Made by a program: the position numbers and the translations under genes. Below, one piece after another: positions 8,652 through 16,370 of a stretch of 64,000 nucleotides of DNA. The stretch comes from Thermodesulfobacteriota bacterium (GTDB lineage Bacteria > Desulfobacterota > Binatia > Bin18), in NCBI GenBank assembly GCA_964291405.2, contig OZ219926.1, positions 4,257,958 to 4,321,957 on the forward strand. The letters run 5' to 3'. The number at the start of each line of letters is the position of its first letter. The first letter of the stretch is position 1. The notes beneath the pieces were generated by a model. That model made no database searches, had not been told where the DNA came from, and worked only from the letters and a program-made list of their open reading frames with translations.

Positions 8652-8850
8652 GCCCTTGGGCGATATCCAGGTTGTGGAGGACTTTTTGCCCTCGCCGGAG
8701 CAACTTACTTTTAAGAAGGACGAAGCCAAAGTTACAGGCGATAAACGCGTAAAAAGGGAGCTGGCGAAACGGAGGAGCAGAAGGGCAAAAGCTATGCGTC
8801 CTGGTGAAGTCAAATCAGACGAGCAAGAGAATCAAAGGGAGCGTCATTAA
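8623..8850 (+). CDS. brnA: BrnA-like antitoxin, C-terminal half atypical (possibly decayed)
   Basis: MKKKITYTDEPLGDIQVVEDFLPSPEQLTFKKDEAKVT matches the BrnA N-terminus and overlaps the brnT end, as in brnTA operons. After KVT the expected ribbon-helix-helix text is not readable in this frame. RHH-like strings (EEQKGKSYAS, VKS..INELANLKRAA) appear in the other two frames. Confidence 0.55.
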   Translation: MKKKITYTDEPLGDIQVVEDFLPSPEQLTFKKDEAKVTGDKRVKRELAKRRSRRAKAMRPGEVKSDEQENQRERH

Positions 8851-9025
8851 CGAATTAGCCAATCTAAAAAGAGCGGCATAGCCAAAACCCTTACAATACT
8901 CTGCTCTCGAAGAATCCGTCTTATCCGCCTGGATTCCTGTGAAAGAATCCGGCTTCATTTTCTATCGTCAAAAATTTGTCATTCCAGCCCCACTTTTTGT
9001 CCATCCTCATTAAAATTCAAAAAAT

Positions 9026-9041
9026 CCTTTGAATTCAAAGG
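9026..9041. repeat. Perfect 16-bp palindrome in an AT-rich non-coding stretch
   Basis: CCTTTGAATTCAAAGG. It is followed by TAACAAA-N13-TTTGTTA (9073-9099) and a TTGACA hexamer (9104-9109). Confidence 0.5.
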
Positions 9042-9445
9042 GTTAACGACTGGTTTTTTGCCTCGAGAGGACTAACAAATTTTATAGAACGGTTTGTTAT
9101 CTATTGACATATATAAAGATTATATTTATACCATTCTTGGAGACAAAAAAGAAGCTCGGGAATACAAAAATCACTCACGCAGATGAGCATTCCAGCTCGC
9201 CCTGCTGGAAAATGCTTCGTCCGTCTCAACGCCTGCTAGGGACTGATGGCTAAGGGTCAATGACCTGCTCTGTGGGTTCTTAAAGCCGCCGCCAGCAAGA
9301 CCCCAAGCGGTGATTGCCCAATTTCCAGGCCTAGCTGGAGTTGGGAATTGCCGACCGGCTTGATAGGGGTGTCGGCAGCAGGATTAGATTGGCTCCTTTC
9401 CGATAAGGAAGACAACGGCGAGGAGTAACCTGGAGAGGGGGATTC

Positions 9446-9715
9446 ATGTACACGGCTCATGCTAAGGTCCGCATGCAACAGCGCGCTATACCGTCAAGCA
9501 TCGTGAATCTACTTCTCGATTATGGCGAGAAGGCCTCCGCCGGGCGCGGTAGTGAAATATTCTATTTCGGCAAGCGTGGCCGACGGCGCGTTCTTCGTTC
9601 CAAGGGACCGGCCGTTTCGAGGCGACTTGAAGGGCACTGGCGCGACTACGTGGTCGTGGCCGATGGTCAGGTTGTGACGTGTGGCAAACGATATCGACGG
9701 ATTCGCCGTGGTTGA
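9446..9715 (+). CDS. DUF4258-family putative toxin
   Basis: 89 aa. MYTAHAKVRMQQRAIPSSIV carries the H-x3-R-M-x2-R-x-I motif characteristic of DUF4258. The ATG is preceded by GGAGAGGGGG. Confidence 0.6.
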   Translation: MYTAHAKVRMQQRAIPSSIVNLLLDYGEKASAGRGSEIFYFGKRGRRRVLRSKGPAVSRRLEGHWRDYVVVADGQVVTCGKRYRRIRRG

Positions 9716-10538
9716 ACTAAGGTTTTAGGAGCTATTGTCGGGAGAGAAGTTCTTGACGAGAAAGAGGAATGACCGGATTTACTATCTCTACCAGAGATCC
9801 CCTATTAGTGAAAAATAATCTCCACAAGATCTGAATGGCGAGGGAATGGGAAATGCAAGGTCATCTATTGTTATTTCGTGCTTCAATCGGCGGTAATACA
9901 AGCAAACAAGATTCGTAATGAGGGAACGCAAGCGGGCTTACAGTCCCCGTACTCAAATTCCTGGCTATGGCGTGCGAGGAAAAATGCCTGTTGGGGAGGT
10001 TTACGGAACGGGCTTCTTCTAAGGATATCACAAAAATTGAGAAGGAACTCGACCCTATGAACAGAGGTCCCATCAGGACCGCTCCACAAAAATAAGTCCG
10101 GGCCTTGGAGTAACTTTGACAAGGATAATACTATGCAAAAAGAAACGGGCTACACCGCGAAATCGAGTAGTGCAAACTGAGTCCGGTCCGTGGTCTGGCA
10201 ATCGCGGCTGGACAGCCTATTAGAAGAGCTTCCCGGCGTCAATTGCCAAAAGCGGACAACTCAGTGCAGCAATGGGACGTCAATTACCTGAGATCAATGC
10301 ACAAGGGTATTGCGATAGCAAAATTCTGCCCCGAATGTGGTGAGGAACTGCGAGCTGAATAGAGGGAGCGGAGGCAAAGTGTATGTTGGAGCATGAAGGG
10401 AATCACGGCTCAAGAACCGCAGGGGCCACTGGCTTCAATCAATTGACCCAACTGCGGAGAAAACGGGAAGCTGACACTCAAGATTATTGCAAGAAGGCTT
10501 TAGCTGAGAATTATTCGCTACGAAGGGATTAGCGAACG

Positions 10539-11252
10539 ATGAACATCATACTGGACAGCATGAAAACCGTAACGCGGATACTTCTTGTCGCTGTATTCGC
10601 GCTCGTTCCAATCGTTCCCGAGTCAGTGTTCGCTGAGCCATACAGCCCGCCGTCTTTCAGCCCCCGCAGCAGCCCGTCGTATACGAGCCCGTCTTCCAGT
10701 TCCTACCGGAGCCCATCGTATACGAGTCCGTCTTCCAGTTCCTACCGGAGCCCATCGTATACAAGCCCATCGTTGCCGAACTACACGTACAAATCGCAGA
10801 GCAAGAGCTATAGTGTCGGCGATTACAGCCGTCACACCTATAAATACAAAGACAGCCTCGGCAACCGCCACAAGAGCAAGACCCAGGTCCTGCCCAGTGG
10901 GACGACCGTCACCAAGGGTAAATACCGCAGTTCGCGCCCGAGTCCGTTGTTACCGAGCTATACGTACAAATCGCAGAGCAAGAGCTACAGCGTAGGCGAT
11001 TACAGCCGTCACACCTATAAATACAAAGACAGCCTCGGCAACCGCCATAAGGGACAATCGAAGTGTTCCCTGGTGGTGCGGTCAGACACAAAGGCAAGGT
11101 CAACGGCAAGAAGTTCAAAGGGACGTATCGAAACGGTGATAAGCTGCCTTGCCCACCGATTAAGCTATGAACCCCCGAGTCAAAACAGTAACCCCAACAG
11201 ACGATTACAGATTATTCCTGACCTTCACCAATGGAGAGCACGGGATTTATGA
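10539..11252 (+). CDS. Secreted Ser/Pro/Tyr-rich tandem-repeat protein; 3' end probably not native
   Basis: Signal peptide MKTVTRILLVAVFALVPIVPESVFA/EP. It is followed by YSPPSFSPRSSPSYTSPSSSSYRSPSYTSPSSSSYRSPSYTSPS and two copies of LPxYTYKSQSKSYSVGDYSRHTYKYKDSLGNRHK. The repeat pattern stops abruptly at about 11052. Confidence 0.65.
   Translation: MNIILDSMKTVTRILLVAVFALVPIVPESVFAEPYSPPSFSPRSSPSYTSPSSSSYRSPSYTSPSSSSYRSPSYTSPSLPNYTYKSQSKSYSVGDYSRHTYKYKDSLGNRHKSKTQVLPSGTTVTKGKYRSSRPSPLLPSYTYKSQSKSYSVGDYSRHTYKYKDSLGNRHKGQSKCSLVVRSDTKARSTARSSKGRIETVISCLAHRLSYEPPSQNSNPNRRLQIIPDLHQWRARDL
10671..10772 (+). repeat. 39-nt coding tandem repeat, about 2.6 copies
   Basis: AGCCCRTCGTATACGAGYCCGTCTTCCAGTTCCTACCGG at 10671-10709 and 10710-10748, with a partial copy at 10749-10772. 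Copies are near-identical. Confidence 0.9.
10776..11052 (+). repeat. 177-nt (59-codon) coding direct repeat, about 1.6 copies
   Basis: Copy 1 is 10776-10952 and copy 2 starts at 10953. About 95 nt (TACAAATCGCAGAGCAAGAGCTA...GGCAACCGCCA) are nearly identical. Copy 2 breaks off after ...CGCCATAAG. Confidence 0.9.
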
Positions 11253-11463
11253 TTGCTCTCCGTTGCTTGACTTTGGTGTCTTCCAAGAACTCAGGGAAGA
11301 AAGTTATTTCCAGCAAGTCGCGGTTGTGGACGGTACGGTGGCATGGCCGCACGGCCAGGATATCTGCCCGGATACGCTCTATCTTGACGCGTGCAGAGAA
11401 GGAGTCGCCGCTACAAGAGCCGAACCCAGCTACCCTCAGTGGGACGACCGTAACCAGGGGTAA
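11167..11463 (+). CDS. DUF2442-domain protein
   Basis: MNPRVKTVTPTDDYRLFLTFTNGEHGIYDCSPLLDFGVFQELREESYFQQVAVVDGTVAWPHGQDICPDTLY fits the DUF2442 pattern. The last 20 or so codons read through into a repeat-gene remnant. Confidence 0.7.
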   Translation: MNPRVKTVTPTDDYRLFLTFTNGEHGIYDCSPLLDFGVFQELREESYFQQVAVVDGTVAWPHGQDICPDTLYLDACREGVAATRAEPSYPQWDDRNQG

Positions 11464-11488
11464 GTACCGCAGTCCGCGTCCGTTGTTG
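11411..11488 (+). pseudogene. Displaced remnant of the 177-nt repeat unit of the Ser/Pro/Tyr protein gene
   Basis: ACAAGAGCCGAACCCAGCTACCCTCAGTGGGACGACCGTAACCAGGGGTAAGTACCGCAGTCCGCGTCCGTTGTTG parallels 10868-10950. One frame reads LSGTTVTRGKYRSPRPLL, against LPSGTTVTKGKYRSSRPSPLL in the intact unit. Confidence 0.7.
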
Positions 11489-11489
11489 T

Positions 11490-12014
11490 ATGACAGAGCA
11501 TACCATCAAGCGTCCGCTGAAGCGTCCTCCTATCCACCTTGGTGAAGTAGTGCGGGAGGATGTCTTACCAGCCTTGGGCCTTTCCATTAGCGAAGCGGCC
11601 CGTCGCCTCAGGGTTTCGCGTCAGCAACTCCACCGGGTACTCGCTTGTACCCATCCGGTCTCGACCGAGATGGCACTCCGGCTTGGTAAACTTGCCGGCA
11701 ATGGCCCTGGGCTCTGGCTTCGGATGCAGCAGAACCATGATGTCTGGCACACAGAGCAGCGTCTCAAGAACGAATTGAAAAAAATTAAGCCGGGGCTTGT
11801 GGAGAGAGCAGGGACGGTTAGAGTGTTAACGAATCGACCGCTCTGTTACCGTCATGGAAGCCGCCGTCGGAGGGGACCCCGCGACCCGAATCGCCCTGGT
11901 ATGGCCGATAACCCGCGAGACGTGGGCCTTCACCGGCTGATGCTCAACGAAGATTACAAAGAAATATTGCAAGGCTTGTTAGACGCGAAGATGCTCCGCC
12001 AGCATGAGGAATAG
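11490..12014 (+). CDS. higA: HigA-family (XRE HTH) antitoxin, orphan, with long non-homologous tail
   Basis: PIHLGEVVREDVLPALGLSISEAARRLRVSRQQLHRVLACTHPVSTEMALRLGKLAGNGPGLWLRMQQNHDVW is the HigA/VapI signature within the first 100 or so codons. No HigB-like ORF lies upstream. The last 70 or so codons have no recognisable similarity. Confidence 0.75.
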   Translation: MTEHTIKRPLKRPPIHLGEVVREDVLPALGLSISEAARRLRVSRQQLHRVLACTHPVSTEMALRLGKLAGNGPGLWLRMQQNHDVWHTEQRLKNELKKIKPGLVERAGTVRVLTNRPLCYRHGSRRRRGPRDPNRPGMADNPRDVGLHRLMLNEDYKEILQGLLDAKMLRQHEE

Positions 12015-12027
12015 TCAGTTTGCACTT

Positions 12028-12163
12028 CCCCCTCACCCCAGCTCCCTTCGACTCCGCTTACGCTACGCTCAGGGTGAACGGATGTGCCGCTCGTGCTGAG
12101 CGTAGCCCCAGAGGGGCGGAGTCGAAGTACGCTCAGGACAGGCTCTCCCGTCAGGGGCGAGGG
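12028..12163. repeat. Nested-palindrome intergenic element (family 2) between convergent genes
   Basis: Outer arms are CCCCTCACCCC / GGGGCGAGGG. Middle arms are CTTCGACTCCGC (12046-12057) / GCGGAGTCGAAG (12116-12127). Inner arms are GCTACGCTCAG (12062-12072) / CTGAGCGTAGC (12096-12106). Confidence 0.7.
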
Positions 12164-12170
12164 ACGAGAT

Positions 12171-14198
12171 TTACGCCCCCCCCAGCGGCCGCGGCGTGTA
12201 CTTATACAAATCCTTCCAATAGTGATCCAGCACCGCATCGTCGGCGCAGTCGAGACATTCAAGCTCGGGGTCGGATACGTCCAGCAGACCCTTTTTGATT
12301 AACGTTTCCGCATACGGTCCGCGGTCGATCAGTTTGACCGGGCCGCGCTCTTCGGCCAGCCGTTTGCGGAGCTGTGCAGTGGCCGATTGATCGACCTCGT
12401 GCGTGACCGGGTCCAAGACGACTCCGTAATCTTGCTCGGCCCGCTCGGGTGAGACGAGCTTGCGCACCACATCCATACGAACGGCGTCGATGTCGCGCTC
12501 CAGAGGGTCGCCCCAGCCGCCGCCGCCCGGGGTAGTGAGGCGAATAATGTCTCCCGCTTTGACCGGAATGGCATCCCGGCTGAAGTAGACTGCCTCTTCC
12601 TCCGGGGTGCCGGGGTTCTTGATGGACGAACTCGGCGTGCCCCACTTGCCGCCCTTGATGCCCGTACAGGCAAAAGCAGTCCGCTCCGTGACCGTCAGAT
12701 AATACCCGTCAACCAGCGTCCGTATCTCTTTCTCATAACCCAGGCCGCCGCGATATTTCCCGGCGCCGCCCGAATCGGTCGCCAGCCCCACGCGCAGGAC
12801 TTCAACCGGAAAGCGCTGTTCAATGAATTCCGCCGGCAGGTTTTTGGAGTAGGGGACCAGATCCACGGCGTCGGTGCCGTCCGCGTACGGCCGCGCGCCC
12901 GAACCCGCCCCGAAAATTTCACGCATCAGAAACAGTTTGCCCTCAAAGTCATGCCCACACAGGCCGTAGATCTGAATATTCTGCATGTCGGCCACGACCT
13001 CTCCGTCAAAGGCTTTGGCCATGGCGACGGTATAGGCGCTGATCATGCGCAGCATACAGGTCATGCGACTCACAACCGGAGCCGGAAACTTCGGGCTCAG
13101 AATGGTCCCCTGTGGAATACGACAGCGAAAGACCTGAGTCACACCCTCGTTGATGATGATGCCGGGAATCTGCGCCTTGAAGAACGCGCCGAGCCATTTG
13201 GAGTAATGACGGCCATCGACCGGCCAGTTGATGGGTCCCCTGGCCTGGGGACTGGTGCCCGCGAAATCCAGTACCATCTTGTCCGGATACTTGCGCATGG
13301 TGATCTGGAGCTTGACCGGCTTCTCCAGGGTCAGGCCATCGTTCTCAATAAAATCTTCCCCGATAAACTCTCCATCAGGGAACAGGGGCAGGCCCTTCTC
13401 GCGCACCACCTCAGCGCAGCGGTCGAGAATTTCATAAAACGCGGCTTCTACCTCATTCCCGCCAAAACGATCGCATAATTCCGTCACCCGACGGCGGATA
13501 ACCTCATTCGCACCAACAAAGGCGTCAATATCGCCTCGCAGATCCTCAGGAAAACGGCTGTTCCGCAGCAGGACATCGTACAGTCCCTCGTTGAGCTGAC
13601 CCTTTTCGTACAGCTTGACCGGCGGACAGATGGTGCCCTCCTCAAAAATACTGGTCGAGGTGCTCGGCCAGGAGCCCGCCATACGGCCGCCCACATCGTT
13701 GACATGGCCGAATATCTGCGCAAATCCAATCAACCGTTCGCCCCAAAAAATGGGAGTGACCACACAATAGTCCGGCAGATGACCGATCGTTCCGGCCGAC
13801 TGATAGACATCGTTATAGATAAACACATCGCCTTCATAGATACGCTCAGCCGGAAACTTCATCCGAATCGGGTCGGCGGTGGCGGCCCAGGACACGCGCG
13901 AGACCGATAGACAGTCGAGCGTGTTGAGCGAGGCCCGGTAGTCGTGCTGTTCGCGGATAATGGTCGAACGGGCGGTCCGCTCAACCGCGGCTTCGGCTTC
14001 CATAATGGCTGCCTCGATCCCGCCGTCCACAATATCGACCAGGATCGGGTCCAGGTCTTTTCTCAGCGCATCGATATGGCTGACAGTATCCGGGTCCTGG
14101 GCAACCTGGCCGTACCGAAACGGGGCGTAGTCCTGAAAGGCAACGTCCTCATTGGCTTTGTCATAATAGGTCTGCGAAAACTGTTTGTGATCGGCCAT
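12171..14198 (-). CDS. hyuB: hydantoinase B / oxoprolinase family protein
   Basis: 675 aa with colinear hydantoinase_B text (SLNTLDCLSVSRVSW..., GGAGKYRGGLGYEKEI, TPGGGGWGDPLERD). ATG is preceded by GGAG. Confidence 0.9.
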   Translation of the reverse strand: MADHKQFSQTYYDKANEDVAFQDYAPFRYGQVAQDPDTVSHIDALRKDLDPILVDIVDGGIEAAIMEAEAAVERTARSTIIREQHDYRASLNTLDCLSVSRVSWAATADPIRMKFPAERIYEGDVFIYNDVYQSAGTIGHLPDYCVVTPIFWGERLIGFAQIFGHVNDVGGRMAGSWPSTSTSIFEEGTICPPVKLYEKGQLNEGLYDVLLRNSRFPEDLRGDIDAFVGANEVIRRRVTELCDRFGGNEVEAAFYEILDRCAEVVREKGLPLFPDGEFIGEDFIENDGLTLEKPVKLQITMRKYPDKMVLDFAGTSPQARGPINWPVDGRHYSKWLGAFFKAQIPGIIINEGVTQVFRCRIPQGTILSPKFPAPVVSRMTCMLRMISAYTVAMAKAFDGEVVADMQNIQIYGLCGHDFEGKLFLMREIFGAGSGARPYADGTDAVDLVPYSKNLPAEFIEQRFPVEVLRVGLATDSGGAGKYRGGLGYEKEIRTLVDGYYLTVTERTAFACTGIKGGKWGTPSSSIKNPGTPEEEAVYFSRDAIPVKAGDIIRLTTPGGGGWGDPLERDIDAVRMDVVRKLVSPERAEQDYGVVLDPVTHEVDQSATAQLRKRLAEERGPVKLIDRGPYAETLIKKGLLDVSDPELECLDCADDAVLDHYWKDLYKYTPRPLGGA

Positions 14199-14224
14199 GC
14201 TGACACTCCGTAGAATGCGTTTCG

Positions 14225-16295
14225 TTATTGCGTTCGCTCAAGCCGCAGCGTCCCCCACTGGTCCACCCGGCCGCTCCAACCCGGCTCCACAACCGTGGTG
14301 GCATCGTACTGCTGGATGATGGCCGGGCCGCTCAGCTCGTTGCCCGTTTGCAGCGCCGACCGATCGTACACCGGAGTATCCAGCGTGCTTTTGGAGAAAT
14401 AGACCGCAGTCTGGCCCGTCCGGGCATGCTCCGGACTCTTACCGGCCGGTTGCGCTTGCGGCACATGGGGGCGTTTGAGTAGCCCCAGCCCGGTGACACC
14501 CACGTTGACCAGCTCGACCAGTTCCTTACCCGCATAGGAATAGCCGTAGAGGTCCTTATGGCTGGCGTGAAACCTGGTGATAGCCTGCTGAATATGGTCT
14601 TGGATGCCTGCTGTTCGACCGGGCCGAATTAATTGAGAGTGGAATCCGAATCTCATAAGCTTGCCCGGCGTACCGCATGTCCACAAAATGATCGAGCCGG
14701 GTCTCCTGGGTGAGCAAGCCTTCATCTTCCAGACGGGCGGCCACGCGGCGTTCGAGGTCCTGAATTTCAGCCGCGATACGGTCCACGTCCAAACGGTCCT
14801 CACGCTGGACATCCGTATGCACCAGGTCCACACGCACATCAGTCAGCAGCAGACCGTAGGCCGAAGTCACACCTGGGTTGGGCGGGATAATGACGTGCTG
14901 CATACCGAGCCAGTCGGCCAGATAACAGGCGTGGAGCGGTCCGGCTCCGCCGAACGCGACCAGGGCGTAGCTGCGCGGGTCGCGCCCGCGTTTCACGGAT
15001 ACCGTCCGAATACCGGCAGCAATATTTTCAACAGCTATGCGCAGAATGCCTTCTGCCGCGGCGACGGTATCGAGTTTGAGGCCCGCGGCGAGTTCGGCCA
15101 CAACCTGGGTTGCCTGATCGAGATTCAGAGAAACGCTACCCCCGGCAATGGTCGGCGTGATGCGTCCCAGCACCAGATTGGCGTCCGTCACCGTCGGCTG
15201 AGTGCCGCCCCGACCGTAGCAGGCCGGCCCCGGATTCGCGCCGGCGCTGTCCGGGCCTACTTTCAGGCTCCGCCCGCCCGCCAGCCAGGCAATCGACCCG
15301 CCGCCGGCCCCGACCGTATGCAGCTCGATCATGGGCGTTTTAAGGTCATAGATGTCGACCTTTCCCTCCGTCAGCATGCGAGGCTGGCCGCCTTCGACCA
15401 GGCAAATATCGGCCGAGGTGCCACCCATATCAAAAGTAATAATGTCCTGGCTGCCGCTCAGCGTGCCAAAATGGGTGGCGGCAATCACCCCCGCGGCCGG
15501 GCCGGAAAGGGCCGCGGCAATCGGCAAACGGGCGACCTCCTGGGCCTGGGCCAGTCCGCCGCTGGAGCGCATGATGTAAAACGGCGCGCTGATGTCCTGC
15601 TCGCGTAAGTGCTGTTCAATCCGGGTGTGATACGCGGACAGGAGGGGCATCAGGGCGGTGTTCAGACACGTCGTATTGGTCCGTTCGTACTCGCGGTATT
15701 CGCGCAGGATGTCCGACGAGATGGAGATAAAGCAGTCCGGATATATCTCGTGAATAATGCGCCGAATTTCTTCCTCGTGCTCCGGATTACGGTAGGAGTG
15801 CAGTAAGGAAACGGCCACGGCCTGAATGCCGCGCGCTTTGAAGTCCTGCGCAATGGCCGCCACTTCATCCCGGTCCAACTCCTGGATGACCGTACCTCGG
15901 ACATCCATTCGCGCGCTGATTTCACGGATGCGTTCGAGCGGCACCACTCGCGGCGGTTTAATCCACCAGGTGATATCTCCAAATTCTCCGGGGACGGTCT
16001 GGCGGGCGCACTCCAGGGCTTCCCGGTAGCCGGCGGTAATGATCAGGCCCAACTCTGAATACTTGCGCTCCAGGATGGCGTTGGTGGCAACGGTCGTGCC
16101 GTGAAAGACCGCGTTCACCTCATGAGCATCGATCTCCCCGTGCTGGGTGATATGCTCAAGGCCGTTCACAAAGCCCTGGGCCGGGTCGTCCGGCGTGCTG
16201 CGCACCTTTGCCAAATGCAGCGTCCCGCTGGCCTCTTCGAGCGCAACAACATCCGTAAACGTTCCCCCAATGTCTACCGCTAACCGCCAGGTCAT
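14225..16295 (-). pseudogene. hyuA: hydantoinase A / oxoprolinase family gene interrupted by a frameshift
   Basis: The N-terminal part is in ORF 14556..16295 (MTWRLAVDIGGTFTDVV...). The C-terminal 125 or so codons are in ORF 14225..14839 in another frame (IQQAITRFHASHKDLYGYSY...GPAIIQQYDATTVVEPGW). Both halves are colinear with the paralogue at 17733..19772. The frame switch is near 14627-14640. Confidence 0.8.
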
Positions 16296-16370
16296 ACTGT
16301 CTCTCCTTGAGGTTAATGTAGGGTGCTTGACCGGACCTGTCTACAGAAAAATGGCTCTCTGTTACGTCTT

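Noticed and set aside
9104-9130. Sigma-70-like promoter (TTGACA followed by TATATT/TTTATA)
   Set aside because: The spacing between the -35-like hexamer and the candidate -10 hexamers is 11-15 nt rather than 16-18. In an AT-rich stretch such hexamers occur by chance. It is mentioned only as context.
10671-11052. Tandem and direct repeats considered as a possible CRISPR array
   Set aside because: The repeats are contiguous (39-nt unit) or 177 nt long, with no unique spacers. They lie in frame inside a coding sequence with a signal peptide, and no cas genes are in the window.
11800-12014. C-terminal 70 codons of the higA ORF as a second functional domain
   Set aside because: There is no recognisable similarity. 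HigA proteins are normally about 100 aa. The tail is more likely read-through into unrelated DNA after loss of the native stop.
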